The translations under genes were made by a program, and so were the position numbers. A stretch of DNA of 56,098 nt from a virus (taxonomy: Duplodnaviria > Caudoviricetes). Below the pieces are notes generated by a model. The model saw only the letters and a list, made by a program, of their open reading frames with translations, was not told the DNA's origin and made no database searches. This document shows positions 1-9,346 of this stretch, piece by piece. Where the stretch lies: positions 1 through 56,098 of IMG/VR virus record IMGVR_UViG_3300048625_000523; one strand, given 5' to 3'. Within the stretch, counting starts at the first letter, position 1. Each line of letters begins with the position of its first letter.

Positions 1-1361
1 TGGATAACCTAGCAAAGCAATACAACGTACCTTTGTCTGCAGGGGATCTGGGTTCGTCGTTCATGCGCAATCTGGAGAACCTTGCTGGTCGGCTACCTGG
101 CACTGGTCGCACGAACACGCTTACCAAGCAAGCACTTTCGTTGCGCAACATGCTAGACGAACAGCTGGCGAAGTTTAAGCCTTCTGCCTTCTCCAGCGGT
201 GTGTATGAAGACGGTGACGAAGCAATGTTGTTGGCTGATAGCCTGCTCAAAGCGTACAAAGAAAAAACTGCTGTCAACAGAACATTGTGGCAAGGGTTGG
301 AGGATACGCTTGCAACCACGCCAACGACAAAAGTGCGTCCCGCGAATTTGAGGTCTGCTCTGTTGCCACTGTTCAACAAGTACGGCAAACAGATCAACGC
401 CATGCCCAACGAAGAAGCTGTGCGCATGTTGAAGTTCATTGCAGAGGAACCGGGCTCCGTTCGCAACGGATTGACATTCCAACAGATGCGCGAAATTCAA
501 AAGGGTTTGGGTGAGCTATCTGGGCAGGCTGAGCGGCAAGCTGCAACAGGCAACACCTCCAGAGAGCTTGCAGCGTCTATCGGGGAAGCTTACAGCGCGA
601 TCATGAATGATTTGGATAGCTGGGGGCGCAATCTTCGCAATGGTAAAGCGCATGCAGCTTACAAGGCGGCCAGTGAAGACTACAAGACTTCGGTCTTGCC
701 ATATCGTAAGACACCGATGGTGAATAAGTTGGTTGCAATGACCGACACGGATCCTCTCGGGGATGGTTCAGTTCTGCAATATGGTGTAGACCCACAACAA
801 TTGATGGCGCTGCTGACTCGTCCATCCCAGGGACAGCTGTTACAGCGCATTGTGGGGTTGTCGGGCAATGATGGAAAAGAAGCCCTGCAGTACGGGTTAT
901 TGAAAACCAAATTGCACCCCACCTTCAATGAAGCTTCTGGGTCTCTGCGGCCTGCAGCATTTGGCAACAAAGCGCGACAACTAGAACCGCAGATGCGCAT
1001 TTACACCCCAGAACAATCGAAGCTTGTGGAAGACACTACTCGCATTTTGCAAGCCGGTGACAGGGCAAATGCTAATGTGTACCATCCAGCAGACACAGTT
1101 GGTAGCGTACTGCTGGGTGCTGCAGGTGTTGCACACCCACTGGGGGCTGCTGCGGTGTTGGGCTCTGGTGATGCGCTTCAACGTGGGGCGTTCAGTAAGT
1201 GGGGCAAGAACCTGCTGCTAGCCAGCCCGCAATTGGTGCCCACCGCAGTTGGAGGCAAGCTGTCTCGAGGGCTGCCTGCTGGGGCTGCTTCTGGGCAAGG
1301 TCTGCGAATGTACAATTCGCTCATAGCACCCACAGATGATAATGAATGGGAAGACAGATGA
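1..1361 (+). CDS. C-terminal part of a large internal virion/DNA-ejection protein (5' truncated)
   Basis: Frame is open from base 3 (DNLAKQYNVPLSAGD...). Ala/Gly/Leu-rich helical composition. Probably the continuation of the ORF starting at 55625. Confidence 0.55.
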   Translation, partial: DNLAKQYNVPLSAGDLGSSFMRNLENLAGRLPGTGRTNTLTKQALSLRNMLDEQLAKFKPSAFSSGVYEDGDEAMLLADSLLKAYKEKTAVNRTLWQGLEDTLATTPTTKVRPANLRSALLPLFNKYGKQINAMPNEEAVRMLKFIAEEPGSVRNGLTFQQMREIQKGLGELSGQAERQAATGNTSRELAASIGEAYSAIMNDLDSWGRNLRNGKAHAAYKAASEDYKTSVLPYRKTPMVNKLVAMTDTDPLGDGSVLQYGVDPQQLMALLTRPSQGQLLQRIVGLSGNDGKEALQYGLLKTKLHPTFNEASGSLRPAAFGNKARQLEPQMRIYTPEQSKLVEDTTRILQAGDRANANVYHPADTVGSVLLGAAGVAHPLGAAAVLGSGDALQRGAFSKWGKNLLLASPQLVPTAVGGKLSRGLPAGAASGQGLRMYNSLIAPTDDNEWEDR

Positions 1362-2272
1362 CCGGAGTATTGTCAAAATTACCTCGGCTTGTCACCTTTG
1401 CAGCTGAGGTGGGGCGAAACAAAGGAGTCCCAACTGAAGCAATAGAGCGGCTTGGGCAGTCGTACAGAGCTGCTGCTAAAGCAACTCCAAGGTATTTCGA
1501 GAGTGGAGTGACAACTCCTGCCAGAACATGGAAAGAGGCCAACGCAAGGTATGGAACTAATACGCGCATTATCGGCGCGGGTGAGTCTAAACCGCAAGGA
1601 TTGCTAGAAGTGTCGCATGGCAAACATCCTGCTCAAATACAGCCTGTCTCGCACGCTTCTTCGCACATGCCAGACATAGATTACTTGCTTGCGCTGTCCG
1701 ACATGATGGGCAAAGATGCTTACTTGCTCAATGCAACAGACCTTGCTAAAGGCGCTGGCGCTGCAAAGCGCATATATCCTGCGGTGTTTGATGTGCAAGG
1801 CTCTGCAGGCAAGTTGAATGTCGCAGATGCGGTGAGTCTGGACAACAAGGCTCGACGCAGTTTTCAGATGGCAGATTCCAACTTAAAATTTGGCGATTCA
1901 GGACACACGCTTATCGGGCCGAAGCAACTGAGTGTGCTTGGCACCACACCAGAGCAATTTTGGGCTGCCTCTCCGGATGCACAACTTGGGTTGCTGCTCA
2001 CGGACGGTGCGCTGCAAGCTCGCAATCAGTTGCAACCTGCAGATTGGTTGTTCGAAGATGTCGCACAACAAACAGGCATCAATCCAAACTCTGCGCTTGC
2101 TGATTGGAAGCGGTATGGTCAAGCTGTGTACGACCGCACGAAGGGTTTGAACGTTTCTGCAGGAGACACCACGTTCCGCAGGCTGCACGCGATTGATCAA
2201 TTGTCACAAGGCGCACAACCCCCACTCACTTTGTTGCAGGGGTTGAATTATCGCGCTGGAGGTCTCGTATAA
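1358..2272 (+). CDS. Hypothetical late protein ending in YRAGGLV
   Basis: ATGA overlap with the upstream stop. Last gene of the plus arm, converging on the minus arm. Confidence 0.6.
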   Translation: MTGVLSKLPRLVTFAAEVGRNKGVPTEAIERLGQSYRAAAKATPRYFESGVTTPARTWKEANARYGTNTRIIGAGESKPQGLLEVSHGKHPAQIQPVSHASSHMPDIDYLLALSDMMGKDAYLLNATDLAKGAGAAKRIYPAVFDVQGSAGKLNVADAVSLDNKARRSFQMADSNLKFGDSGHTLIGPKQLSVLGTTPEQFWAASPDAQLGLLLTDGALQARNQLQPADWLFEDVAQQTGINPNSALADWKRYGQAVYDRTKGLNVSAGDTTFRRLHAIDQLSQGAQPPLTLLQGLNYRAGGLV

Positions 2273-2849
2273 TCTTTGTCAGCGGGTATGGTGCGTGCTT
2301 CTTGTGAAGCATCCAACGTGTTGGGTGAGCGCACTTGATTGCTTGCGGCACCCATTGCAAAGCCCATTTGTGGGCTTCAGAACCCAGAGCCACCACTTTG
2401 TGCATTACATTGAAGATACTCCCCCCATTGGCGGGTGTTCCGTCGGCTGAAAAAGCATTGACCCAGTACAGATCCAATTCTGGTATGTCTGCAGATTCCA
2501 ACACGTTCGCGAGCCACATTGCGCTGCTCCCAGGGTAACTACTGATAAAAGGCCAATTGGGCTTGCTGCCTCGCCATGTGGGGGAAGGCCTGTCACCAAC
2601 AATGACGATGCTCTTGTGGTTGTAACACCCGATACCTGGGCCAGTGTTGGAGTACAAAGCTCCGTACACAAGTCTCAAAGCCATGCGATGCTCTGCGACG
2701 GATCCTGAGAACTTGGTTGTGTCCCACTCCAATGTGATGTTCGAACCCTTCCAAGACTTGACACAAAGTTGCAGCACGTCCCTGAATGTTGGATTCGAAA
2801 ACACTCTGTGGTCTGGGCCAGAGCCCCCGGAGACAAGTAGTATGCTCAT
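2226..2849 (-). CDS. Uracil-DNA glycosylase superfamily-like protein
   Basis: IVIVGDRPS, LYWVNA, VVALG and AHP match the UDG-fold motif order. Start taken at MSILLV (ATGA overlap). Confidence 0.55.
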   Translation of the reverse strand: MSILLVSGGSGPDHRVFSNPTFRDVLQLCVKSWKGSNITLEWDTTKFSGSVAEHRMALRLVYGALYSNTGPGIGCYNHKSIVIVGDRPSPTWRGSKPNWPFISSYPGSSAMWLANVLESADIPELDLYWVNAFSADGTPANGGSIFNVMHKVVALGSEAHKWALQWVPQAIKCAHPTRWMLHKKHAPYPLTKIIRDLQRDNSTPATK

Positions 2850-3343
2850 CCTTGATCTACATATCTGCGTGAAGGTTCGGCTGCTGAAGTGTATTGTCTT
2901 GCAATGTCTGTGACAAGCTCCGACGCGAACTCCAAGTCTTCTACAGACTCCCATTGTGCTACTGCTGTTATTGCAAGTTCTGCTCGTATGTCTACATCGT
3001 TGGACTTGCAATAGTCTGCCAATTCTCTACAGGCTGCACCAAGCACAGACTCGTAGGTGTTGTCTCGCAACCCCAACAGACACCATTTGAAATTGTTCCA
3101 AAATGATTCTTTCGATAGGTGGGGCGGGCGCACCTCATGCTCGCGAGCCAGTTCTGTCAGCTTGCTGAGAAAGTGTTGAGCCTTTTCTACGTCTTGCAAC
3201 CCATTCTTCTTTTGGTGTCTTGTCAGGTACTTGGTGATTTGACCTTCGAAATAGCCAAGATTCAATTTCTGCACCATGTCCCAGTGCTGGTAGGAACTTT
3301 TGTAGTGGGTGCCTGCCACTTGTGTTTCGTTTGCAGAACTCAT
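2846..3343 (-). CDS. DUF3310 (SaV-like) domain protein
   Basis: QVAGTHY...GYFEGQITKYLTRHQKKNGLQDVEKAQHFL signature. Confidence 0.8.
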   Translation of the reverse strand: MSSANETQVAGTHYKSSYQHWDMVQKLNLGYFEGQITKYLTRHQKKNGLQDVEKAQHFLSKLTELAREHEVRPPHLSKESFWNNFKWCLLGLRDNTYESVLGAACRELADYCKSNDVDIRAELAITAVAQWESVEDLEFASELVTDIARQYTSAAEPSRRYVDQG

Positions 3344-3834
3344 AGCGGGTAGACTTTCAATGCGGTTTGGAAAGCTTCAAATTCGCTGGCAGACAATTCC
3401 ATGGTTGTGATGTAGTCTGTGTAGCGCCAATAACACACCTCAACTTCTTTGTTGCCCAATTGCCTTTCTCGGCAACAATGTACAATGCCATCCAGTTTGT
3501 CGGCCAGCGTCAAGATTCTGTGTTCTGCTGCGGACAACACAGGTTCTGACAATCCATGCTTTTGCAGAAATTCTTGCTCCAGTTTGGCGTATCCTTCGGA
3601 CACCCCCAGAGCCCTCTTCACAGGTGCTGGAGCGTCTCCCGTTGCCTGTTCTGCGGTGTCGTGCATCAACGCTGCTTTCAACAACGCTGTGGAACACTCT
3701 TCGCCCGCGAGCAACAACACCCACCAGGCCACGTTGTGAGAGTGCTCTGCAACTGTCTGCTGGACAACCGTGTCCAGCGCGTGGAACCGCTTTACCCTGC
3801 CACCCCTGTAAAATGCCAACACCTGTTCAAGCAT
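3340..3834 (-). CDS. HD-domain phosphohydrolase (YfbR-like 5'-deoxynucleotidase)
   Basis: VKRFH, TVAEHS, ALMHDTAE, GDAPAPVK and ADKLD motifs. Confidence 0.85.
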   Translation of the reverse strand: MLEQVLAFYRGGRVKRFHALDTVVQQTVAEHSHNVAWWVLLLAGEECSTALLKAALMHDTAEQATGDAPAPVKRALGVSEGYAKLEQEFLQKHGLSEPVLSAAEHRILTLADKLDGIVHCCRERQLGNKEVEVCYWRYTDYITTMELSASEFEAFQTALKVYPL

Positions 3835-4834
3835 TTGAACTCTCCTTCAAAAGTCTGCGAGCCAACCATTCATAACACGCCTGCCGCCACGCAGGATCGA
3901 CAATATTGTTCGCAGCGTCCAACGCACGAAGATCCTTCGATTGCCAGAGCTGCCACGCCTGATACATGGGCCAGGCAGTGTCTGCGAATACAGCATTATA
4001 GCACGCACGCGATCCACGCATCTCAGAAATGTTGAACCCTTTCCTGAATGCCAATTCCAGTTCTGCGTCAAACGTGGCGGGGTTTGAAACAAGCTCAAGA
4101 TTTGCAGCGGTCTCGAGCTTATGGATGGTCGGATCTGCTTTGAGGTGTTCAATGAACTTGCGAACCCCAGGATTGTCCGGGTACAAATGGTAGTTGAACG
4201 AAGTTTGTTCATACCACCCAACATCCGCCCTCAGTTGTGCGGCCACGTATTCCTGCAGCATGGTCATGTGTACGAAATTCGCCCCATACGCACCCCAAAT
4301 AATGTCATTGGAGCGATTACATACTTGCATGTTCAAACATCCGCCACGCAGGTCGAAGTAGATGTGTGTGTTGCACGGCACATCCTTTGCACCTTCAAGC
4401 CTTTGTAAATCCCAGAATGGTGACCACATCGACAGCACTGCTCTGCGGGATGTAGGATCTCTGCGCAATTCGCTGATCAGTTGCGGCAGTTGATCGAACC
4501 CAAGTTTGTGTCTCCACCGATTGCCGTATGCACCATGCAGCGTCTTGTTGTCATCTGAGAATTCGCGCATTCGAGGATTGAATTGCGCCAAGAACTCCAC
4601 GTCACATCTGCCCGCAAGCATCCACAATCCTTCAAAGAAGTGGAAGAACGGATTTGCGTCTCGCACAGGGCACAACAACACTCTGTCTCTGGGGTCTGCA
4701 TATCGTGTGGATGCAGGCTCTTGCAGGGTGAGTGTAGTCCCGTTGCGGCTTGTGGACAACACACCCTCCGAAAGCAGCAAGCGCACTCCGGAAACCACAG
4801 CTTCACCAACAGAATAGCATTCAATTGTTTTCAT
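3827..4834 (-). CDS. Thymidylate synthase homolog, probable dUMP hydroxymethylase
   Basis: GAYGNRWR, DPTSRRAVL, catalytic DVPCN, NRSNDIIWGAYGAN, NYHLY. Lies within the modification cluster. SD GGAGGAG. Confidence 0.85.
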   Translation of the reverse strand: MKTIECYSVGEAVVSGVRLLLSEGVLSTSRNGTTLTLQEPASTRYADPRDRVLLCPVRDANPFFHFFEGLWMLAGRCDVEFLAQFNPRMREFSDDNKTLHGAYGNRWRHKLGFDQLPQLISELRRDPTSRRAVLSMWSPFWDLQRLEGAKDVPCNTHIYFDLRGGCLNMQVCNRSNDIIWGAYGANFVHMTMLQEYVAAQLRADVGWYEQTSFNYHLYPDNPGVRKFIEHLKADPTIHKLETAANLELVSNPATFDAELELAFRKGFNISEMRGSRACYNAVFADTAWPMYQAWQLWQSKDLRALDAANNIVDPAWRQACYEWLARRLLKESSNA

Positions 4835-5748
4835 TTCAACTCCTCCGCAGGTACATACTTGGTTCGCGAATATCCTCGCGAATACTTGTAAAACTCGCAC
4901 AAACAGTTTTGCGCATCTTGAGCGTGCAACGGCTCCGAAAATAGATCTTTATGCGGGTGGGGGCCTGATTGGTCTGTGAGCAACACTCTGTTCACGTGTT
5001 TTTGCAACGCAAGCAAGCTGTCTTTCCACGCAGCTTCTTGCCATTGATGTTCCGGCTCATTGCCCATCACAACATTCAATCCTTTGCGAGAGCCTGGGCC
5101 ACTCAGTGCAAAGGTTTGCCAATCAGGTGCATCTTTGAGGTACCTTGTGTACTTCAGGTCGGCCACAACCTGTGCTGCCATGAACCCACCCCACCCATGG
5201 CCTGAGGCCAAAGCGTCTGCCACAGCTTGGCAAGTACCTTCTGTCAAAGCTTCTTGCACCCTGAATTTTTGCGCTCCGTGTACGACGCTGTGCAACACCC
5301 TGTGCGCAGTGAATGCAGGTTTGTCTCTCGGCCCGTCATAGTGGGCACCCCAATTGCAATTCAGCATGTAAGCTCCGGTGTATATCTTTTCTCCACGCCC
5401 TTGCCGCACAATCATCGCCCACCGCAGCTTGTCCAAATCCCAATTGTCCAGCTTCATATACGGCCAAGCCTTCTTGTCTTGCAACAATTCAGCCAGAGTC
5501 TCCGGATGGTTGATCTGTCTTGCCAAACAAAGCATCACCCACAAATTGGGATGGTCTGCAAAAGGTTCTCGTATGTAGTTTCGAACCCACTTTGTGACTG
5601 TGTCATCTTCACGCCGCACATTGCAAAACCGGTACGTATTGAACACGGTGTCTTGAGACCAAGGTCTTGGGGCTCCAGCATCCTTCAGCAGTCGGATCTT
5701 TTCTCGTGAGATTATAAATGTAAGAAAATCAAACAGTTTCGGGAACAT
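4831..5748 (-). CDS. aGPT-Pplase1 / 5-hmdU DNA kinase helical-domain family protein
   Basis: RPWSQDTVFNTYRFCNVRREDD, GGFMAAQVVADLKY, GPGSRKGL, QNCLCEFYKY. Confidence 0.85.
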   Translation of the reverse strand: MFPKLFDFLTFIISREKIRLLKDAGAPRPWSQDTVFNTYRFCNVRREDDTVTKWVRNYIREPFADHPNLWVMLCLARQINHPETLAELLQDKKAWPYMKLDNWDLDKLRWAMIVRQGRGEKIYTGAYMLNCNWGAHYDGPRDKPAFTAHRVLHSVVHGAQKFRVQEALTEGTCQAVADALASGHGWGGFMAAQVVADLKYTRYLKDAPDWQTFALSGPGSRKGLNVVMGNEPEHQWQEAAWKDSLLALQKHVNRVLLTDQSGPHPHKDLFSEPLHAQDAQNCLCEFYKYSRGYSRTKYVPAEELK

Positions 5749-6205
5749 GTTTTCTCAACTCCATTTTGATGTACGGTCTCGGACGGTTTTTGGGGCCGAC
5801 AGCTGTCAAGCCAATTCTGCTGAACCCCAGTTTGTCGTAGAAGGCGACAGCCTCTGTGTTACGCTCCTCAACTCCGAGCTGTACAACGCCATGCGGCGAA
5901 GTGTTCAAAGCCCACTCTACCAAAGCTCTACCCACCCCCTTGCCTGTGGTGTCCGGACACACCCCCAGATAGTGGATGACACTGACGGGTCTGGACTTCA
6001 AAACCAGGTGCCGCACATACACAAACCCACAGAGCTTTGATCCCGATGTTGCAACCCCTACGAAGCCTTTTAAATACAAATTTTGAATCTCTTCGCGGAT
6101 GTAATTGAGCGTAGCAAAGTCCTTTGTGTACTTGGACAGCTTAGCCACGTCACACACAGTGGGGTCTTCAGCCAGCACCGCTTTTCGCACGCGAACTTTA
6201 GCCAT
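5729..6205 (-). CDS. GNAT acetyltransferase
   Basis: Acetyl-CoA motif V..DTTGKGVGRALV and NTEAVAFYDKLGF. Confidence 0.9.
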   Translation of the reverse strand: MAKVRVRKAVLAEDPTVCDVAKLSKYTKDFATLNYIREEIQNLYLKGFVGVATSGSKLCGFVYVRHLVLKSRPVSVIHYLGVCPDTTGKGVGRALVEWALNTSPHGVVQLGVEERNTEAVAFYDKLGFSRIGLTAVGPKNRPRPYIKMELRKHVPETV

Positions 6206-6800
6206 GTCTCGGCTCACGAGGCAAATCTACGTCGAACAGCGCCAACACCTCGCGCACAGGCCGTTTGTGGCTGACCCACACACAGTTGCCGTTGTGTTCT
6301 GAGGCAATTTTGTGGTGTGATTGCCAAGCAGCTTTGTGCTTTTGTTCTGTGTTGCGCGGATTGAGCGGTTCGAACTTGCCTTTCAACGCTCTGCGCTGTG
6401 TCACACGCTCCAAACATAGCTCGATGGGTGTGTCCAATGTGGCCCAGACAGGATTGTGCCCCATTTCGGAGAGGCTTGACATTGCGCGCCCAACTGACCC
6501 GTACCCGCCTGAAATGAGAAGACCTTCAAATAAAATGTGGCCTTGCGACGCGTAGCGCACCAACAACTCGGGCACAATGTTCTTGTAGTCTGTAATGCCG
6601 TCACAACCCCCACATTGCGTGGCGTACCCACCGAACAAGAAGAGCGGGACGTTGTGCGGCAGGTGTATTTTGTACACGCGAGGAGTGGCCCGCGAGCCTG
6701 CACACTCTACCACACTGCTGGGGAATAGTTTCAGCAGCGTGTGTGCTACAGTACTCTTGCCAGCTCCGGACGTGCCGCGCAGATTGACGATTGTGTGCAT
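6198..6800 (-). CDS. P-loop kinase (5-hmdU DNA kinase-like)
   Basis: Walker A LRGTSGAGKST, GGY...CGGCDGI, ILFEGL, LDTPIELCLERVTQRR. Confidence 0.8.
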   Translation of the reverse strand: MHTIVNLRGTSGAGKSTVAHTLLKLFPSSVVECAGSRATPRVYKIHLPHNVPLFLFGGYATQCGGCDGITDYKNIVPELLVRYASQGHILFEGLLISGGYGSVGRAMSSLSEMGHNPVWATLDTPIELCLERVTQRRALKGKFEPLNPRNTEQKHKAAWQSHHKIASEHNGNCVWVSHKRPVREVLALFDVDLPREPRHG

Positions 6801-6801
6801 G

Positions 6802-6984
6802 TCACAAGCCTTTCTCATTGAGGGTTGTGTTATGGGTTCCATACAAGACCATCATTCGCAGACGCTCTCTGGCCTTGTGCCTGGCAATCAGTTGTCTGCA
6901 GTTTCGCAAAAGCACATATTCACGCACAGCGAACACTGCCAAAATTGTCAGTGCCAAACTGCAACATCCTGTAAAAATTGACAT
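6802..6984 (-). CDS. Small membrane-anchored hypothetical protein
   Basis: Fills the gap between adjacent genes exactly. Hydrophobic N-terminus followed by a basic tail. Confidence 0.45.
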   Translation of the reverse strand: MSIFTGCCSLALTILAVFAVREYVLLRNCRQLIARHKARERLRMMVLYGTHNTTLNEKGL

Positions 6985-6985
6985 G

Positions 6986-7801
6986 TTACAGAGCCTCCTC
7001 TGCAAATTGTACCGCCTGTGCTGCAGCCAACAGCGTGCCATTCTTCGCCCCGCCTGTGGAAACCCACGTGTTCGGAGTCACCCGGCGAAAGTACCCCGCC
7101 TTGTGACCTTCGACGTATGGGCGAACACCCACTGTCAGCTTGCCCCCGACCAATCCAAACAAGTCTCGAGCTCGTTCAAGGCTCGCAGCTCCTCGGGTCT
7201 GTGTGTTCCAAGACTTCTCCACGAGAGCAGTCCCGTCTCCAAACCACACCGACCCTTTCTTGCCTCCAATGCGCAGTGCAACTGCTTGTCGATATGGGGC
7301 ATAGACATGCAACCGATCCACAGACCAATCTGGTGGGTTCTTGTACCGCACTGAAGCTCCCCACAATCCACGAATATTGGGCATATCTTCAATCAATTCT
7401 TGAGACCACACACCTGCAGCAACAAGCACCCGCCCTTTCAAAATTGTGCCTGAGGCGAGCGTAACTTTGCCGTCTGACACAGACAATACTTGCTCTTGTA
7501 CGTCTGCAGGAATTAGGATCTTGTCGGGGTTGATGTGTTGCACTGGCAATTTGACGAGCAAATTGGTTTGCAATACACGATCTTCCACGTCGTACAAATC
7601 ACGCAACAACTGGAAGCCGTTCTCCTTCTGTTCGTCTGTCAAAGACGCCAGCCAGCTGGGCTTCAACACACATCCTGAGGCTTTAGAAGCGGCATTGGGG
7701 TGTCCTGCATCCACCACGGTCACAGAGGCTCCTCGAGCCCTGCAAAGCGTCGCAGCCATGCTGCCAAACAAGCCAGCCCCTATGATGACTATCGGTTTCA
7801 T
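6986..7801 (-). CDS. FAD-dependent oxidoreductase (DAO/glycine oxidase-like), probable flavin-dependent lyase of base modification
   Basis: IIGAGLFGS Rossmann motif, ASKASG, VLVAAGVWS, VGVRPY, TGGAKNG. Confidence 0.85.
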   Translation of the reverse strand: MKPIVIIGAGLFGSMAATLCRARGASVTVVDAGHPNAASKASGCVLKPSWLASLTDEQKENGFQLLRDLYDVEDRVLQTNLLVKLPVQHINPDKILIPADVQEQVLSVSDGKVTLASGTILKGRVLVAAGVWSQELIEDMPNIRGLWGASVRYKNPPDWSVDRLHVYAPYRQAVALRIGGKKGSVWFGDGTALVEKSWNTQTRGAASLERARDLFGLVGGKLTVGVRPYVEGHKAGYFRRVTPNTWVSTGGAKNGTLLAAAQAVQFAEEAL

Positions 7802-7822
7802 TCTCAGCTCCTGCAGTGAGTG

Positions 7823-8641
7823 TCAAACTTCTGGCGGCATGCATCGCAACAGTTGTTGTGCCAGGTCTCCCCAGCCCACGAGTGCATGCCGTATCTCTGA
7901 TATGTCTTTACCGACTTGGTAATGGCCTTTTACATGACTCTTGTACTTGCAAAAAATGGATTCCACCTCTTGAACATTGACCAGTCGGTCTCTGGCAGGG
8001 GGAGCCTTCATTCGCTTCGATCGAAAGTATTGGATCTCAGCTTCCACGGTTTCTCGAAGTTCGTCGTCTGTGATGCTAGTTTTCCAATCACCTGTGCGAA
8101 CAAGAGCTGCACCTTGACGCGGGTCTTTGTAAATGCCAAGATGGCAGTCGTCAAAATTCACGTCGTACCCCAGCACCCGCTCAGCCATGTCTGCTATCTT
8201 GAATGCAATCCACGGGCCGAAGCCTCTGTGTCGTTGTGCACAAGCTGCCACATTGTTGTATGTTGTCTGCTTGTCAAGCATGAAAGCAGGGTCTCCCACA
8301 ATCGCCCGAACAGCTGCGCTGGGAGTCTTGTACCGTTGCGTGAGTTCTTCCACTGCGTTGATTGCCTGATCTCCTCGGAAGTGTCTGCGCTCTGCGCCTC
8401 TGGGCCAGGGCTTGGGGTCTCCTAGATTGACAGCAGCTTCCAACATCTTCGCCCAATACTTCTTCGGATTTTTGATCTCGCCAAACTTGGCTGCCACCCC
8501 CAAGTGGTAGAAGCACCAATATGCCAGGCACGTACGATCCAGGGTCTCTGGATCCAGCGCTGCTTTGTGCAAAGCAACATAGACTGGATCCAGATCCTGC
8601 GTACGCAGCAAAGCTTCTCCAAACTCGCGTACGGAGAGCAT
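7823..8641 (-). CDS. Amino acid:DNA transferase (aGPT-Pplase2 family)
   Basis: TQDLDPVY, YWCFYH, WPRGAERRHFRG, GFGPWIAFKIADMAER, QEVESIFCKYKSH. Confidence 0.85.
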   Translation of the reverse strand: MLSVREFGEALLRTQDLDPVYVALHKAALDPETLDRTCLAYWCFYHLGVAAKFGEIKNPKKYWAKMLEAAVNLGDPKPWPRGAERRHFRGDQAINAVEELTQRYKTPSAAVRAIVGDPAFMLDKQTTYNNVAACAQRHRGFGPWIAFKIADMAERVLGYDVNFDDCHLGIYKDPRQGAALVRTGDWKTSITDDELRETVEAEIQYFRSKRMKAPPARDRLVNVQEVESIFCKYKSHVKGHYQVGKDISEIRHALVGWGDLAQQLLRCMPPEV

Positions 8642-8642
8642 G

Positions 8643-9299
8643 TCAGTCTTTGACCAAAATGCCGTTGGAAGTGCAGAAATAGAAGTAGCGCGTGTAGCGA
8701 GCATCTTCCTGCCCCGGATGTGCGGTCTTGACAGCAGCACACAACGATTCGCGGGTGAAAGACTTCATCTTTTGGGCTACGGCAACGAAGTCCTTGATGA
8801 AGCCGCGCTTCACTGCAGACACATCACCAATCTTGTACGTCTCCGGCTTTTCCGCTTTGGCAGCGGGTGCGGCTTTGGCAGCGGGTGCGGCTTTGGCAGC
8901 GGGTGCGGCTTTGGCAGCGGGTGCGGCTTTGGCAGCGGGTGCGGCTTTGGCAGCGGGTGCGGCTTTGGCAGCGGGTGCGGCTTTGGCCGGGGTCTTGGAA
9001 GGGGTTGCAACAGCCATTTCAGATTCTCCAGATTCTGCCAACAAGGGGAAAAAGCTCAAGAGGTGTTGGCGAACCTCAGGAGCCATAAAGACACCACGAA
9101 TTTTGAAACAAAGTGCTGCCGCTCTATCTACTGCGTAGTCCAGGTAGGGCACCCATTTGTTGTCGAACTCGGCAACAGCCGACGTGGCAAGATGAAACCC
9201 AGTGCTCAACATAGGTACGAAAGTCACAGTGGTTTTTGTTCTCGCGACGACGATGCAAGTATTTGAACGGTGTTTGCAGACATATGGCAGTGCAGACAT
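8643..9299 (-). CDS. Putative DNA-binding protein with (AAPAAK)7 linker and C-terminal winged-helix-like domain
   Basis: Histone H1/AlgP-like repeat. C-terminal domain resembles the ORF at 27985-28218. Confidence 0.6.
   Translation of the reverse strand: MSALPYVCKHRSNTCIVVARTKTTVTFVPMLSTGFHLATSAVAEFDNKWVPYLDYAVDRAAALCFKIRGVFMAPEVRQHLLSFFPLLAESGESEMAVATPSKTPAKAAPAAKAAPAAKAAPAAKAAPAAKAAPAAKAAPAAKAAPAAKAEKPETYKIGDVSAVKRGFIKDFVAVAQKMKSFTRESLCAAVKTAHPGQEDARYTRYFYFCTSNGILVKD
8854..8987. repeat. Perfect 18-bp tandem repeat, 7.4 copies
   Basis: (GCTTTGGCAGCGGGTGCG)7 + GCTTTGGC. Confidence 0.98.
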
Positions 9300-9346
9300 T
9301 TCAGCTCTCCTGTTAGACGGCAGGTCAGTACTGATACTTTACCCCA

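Noticed and set aside
8640-9266. Alternative-frame repeat proteins such as (GCGFGS)n and (RLWQRV)n
   Set aside because: They are by-products of the stop-free 18-bp tandem repeat.
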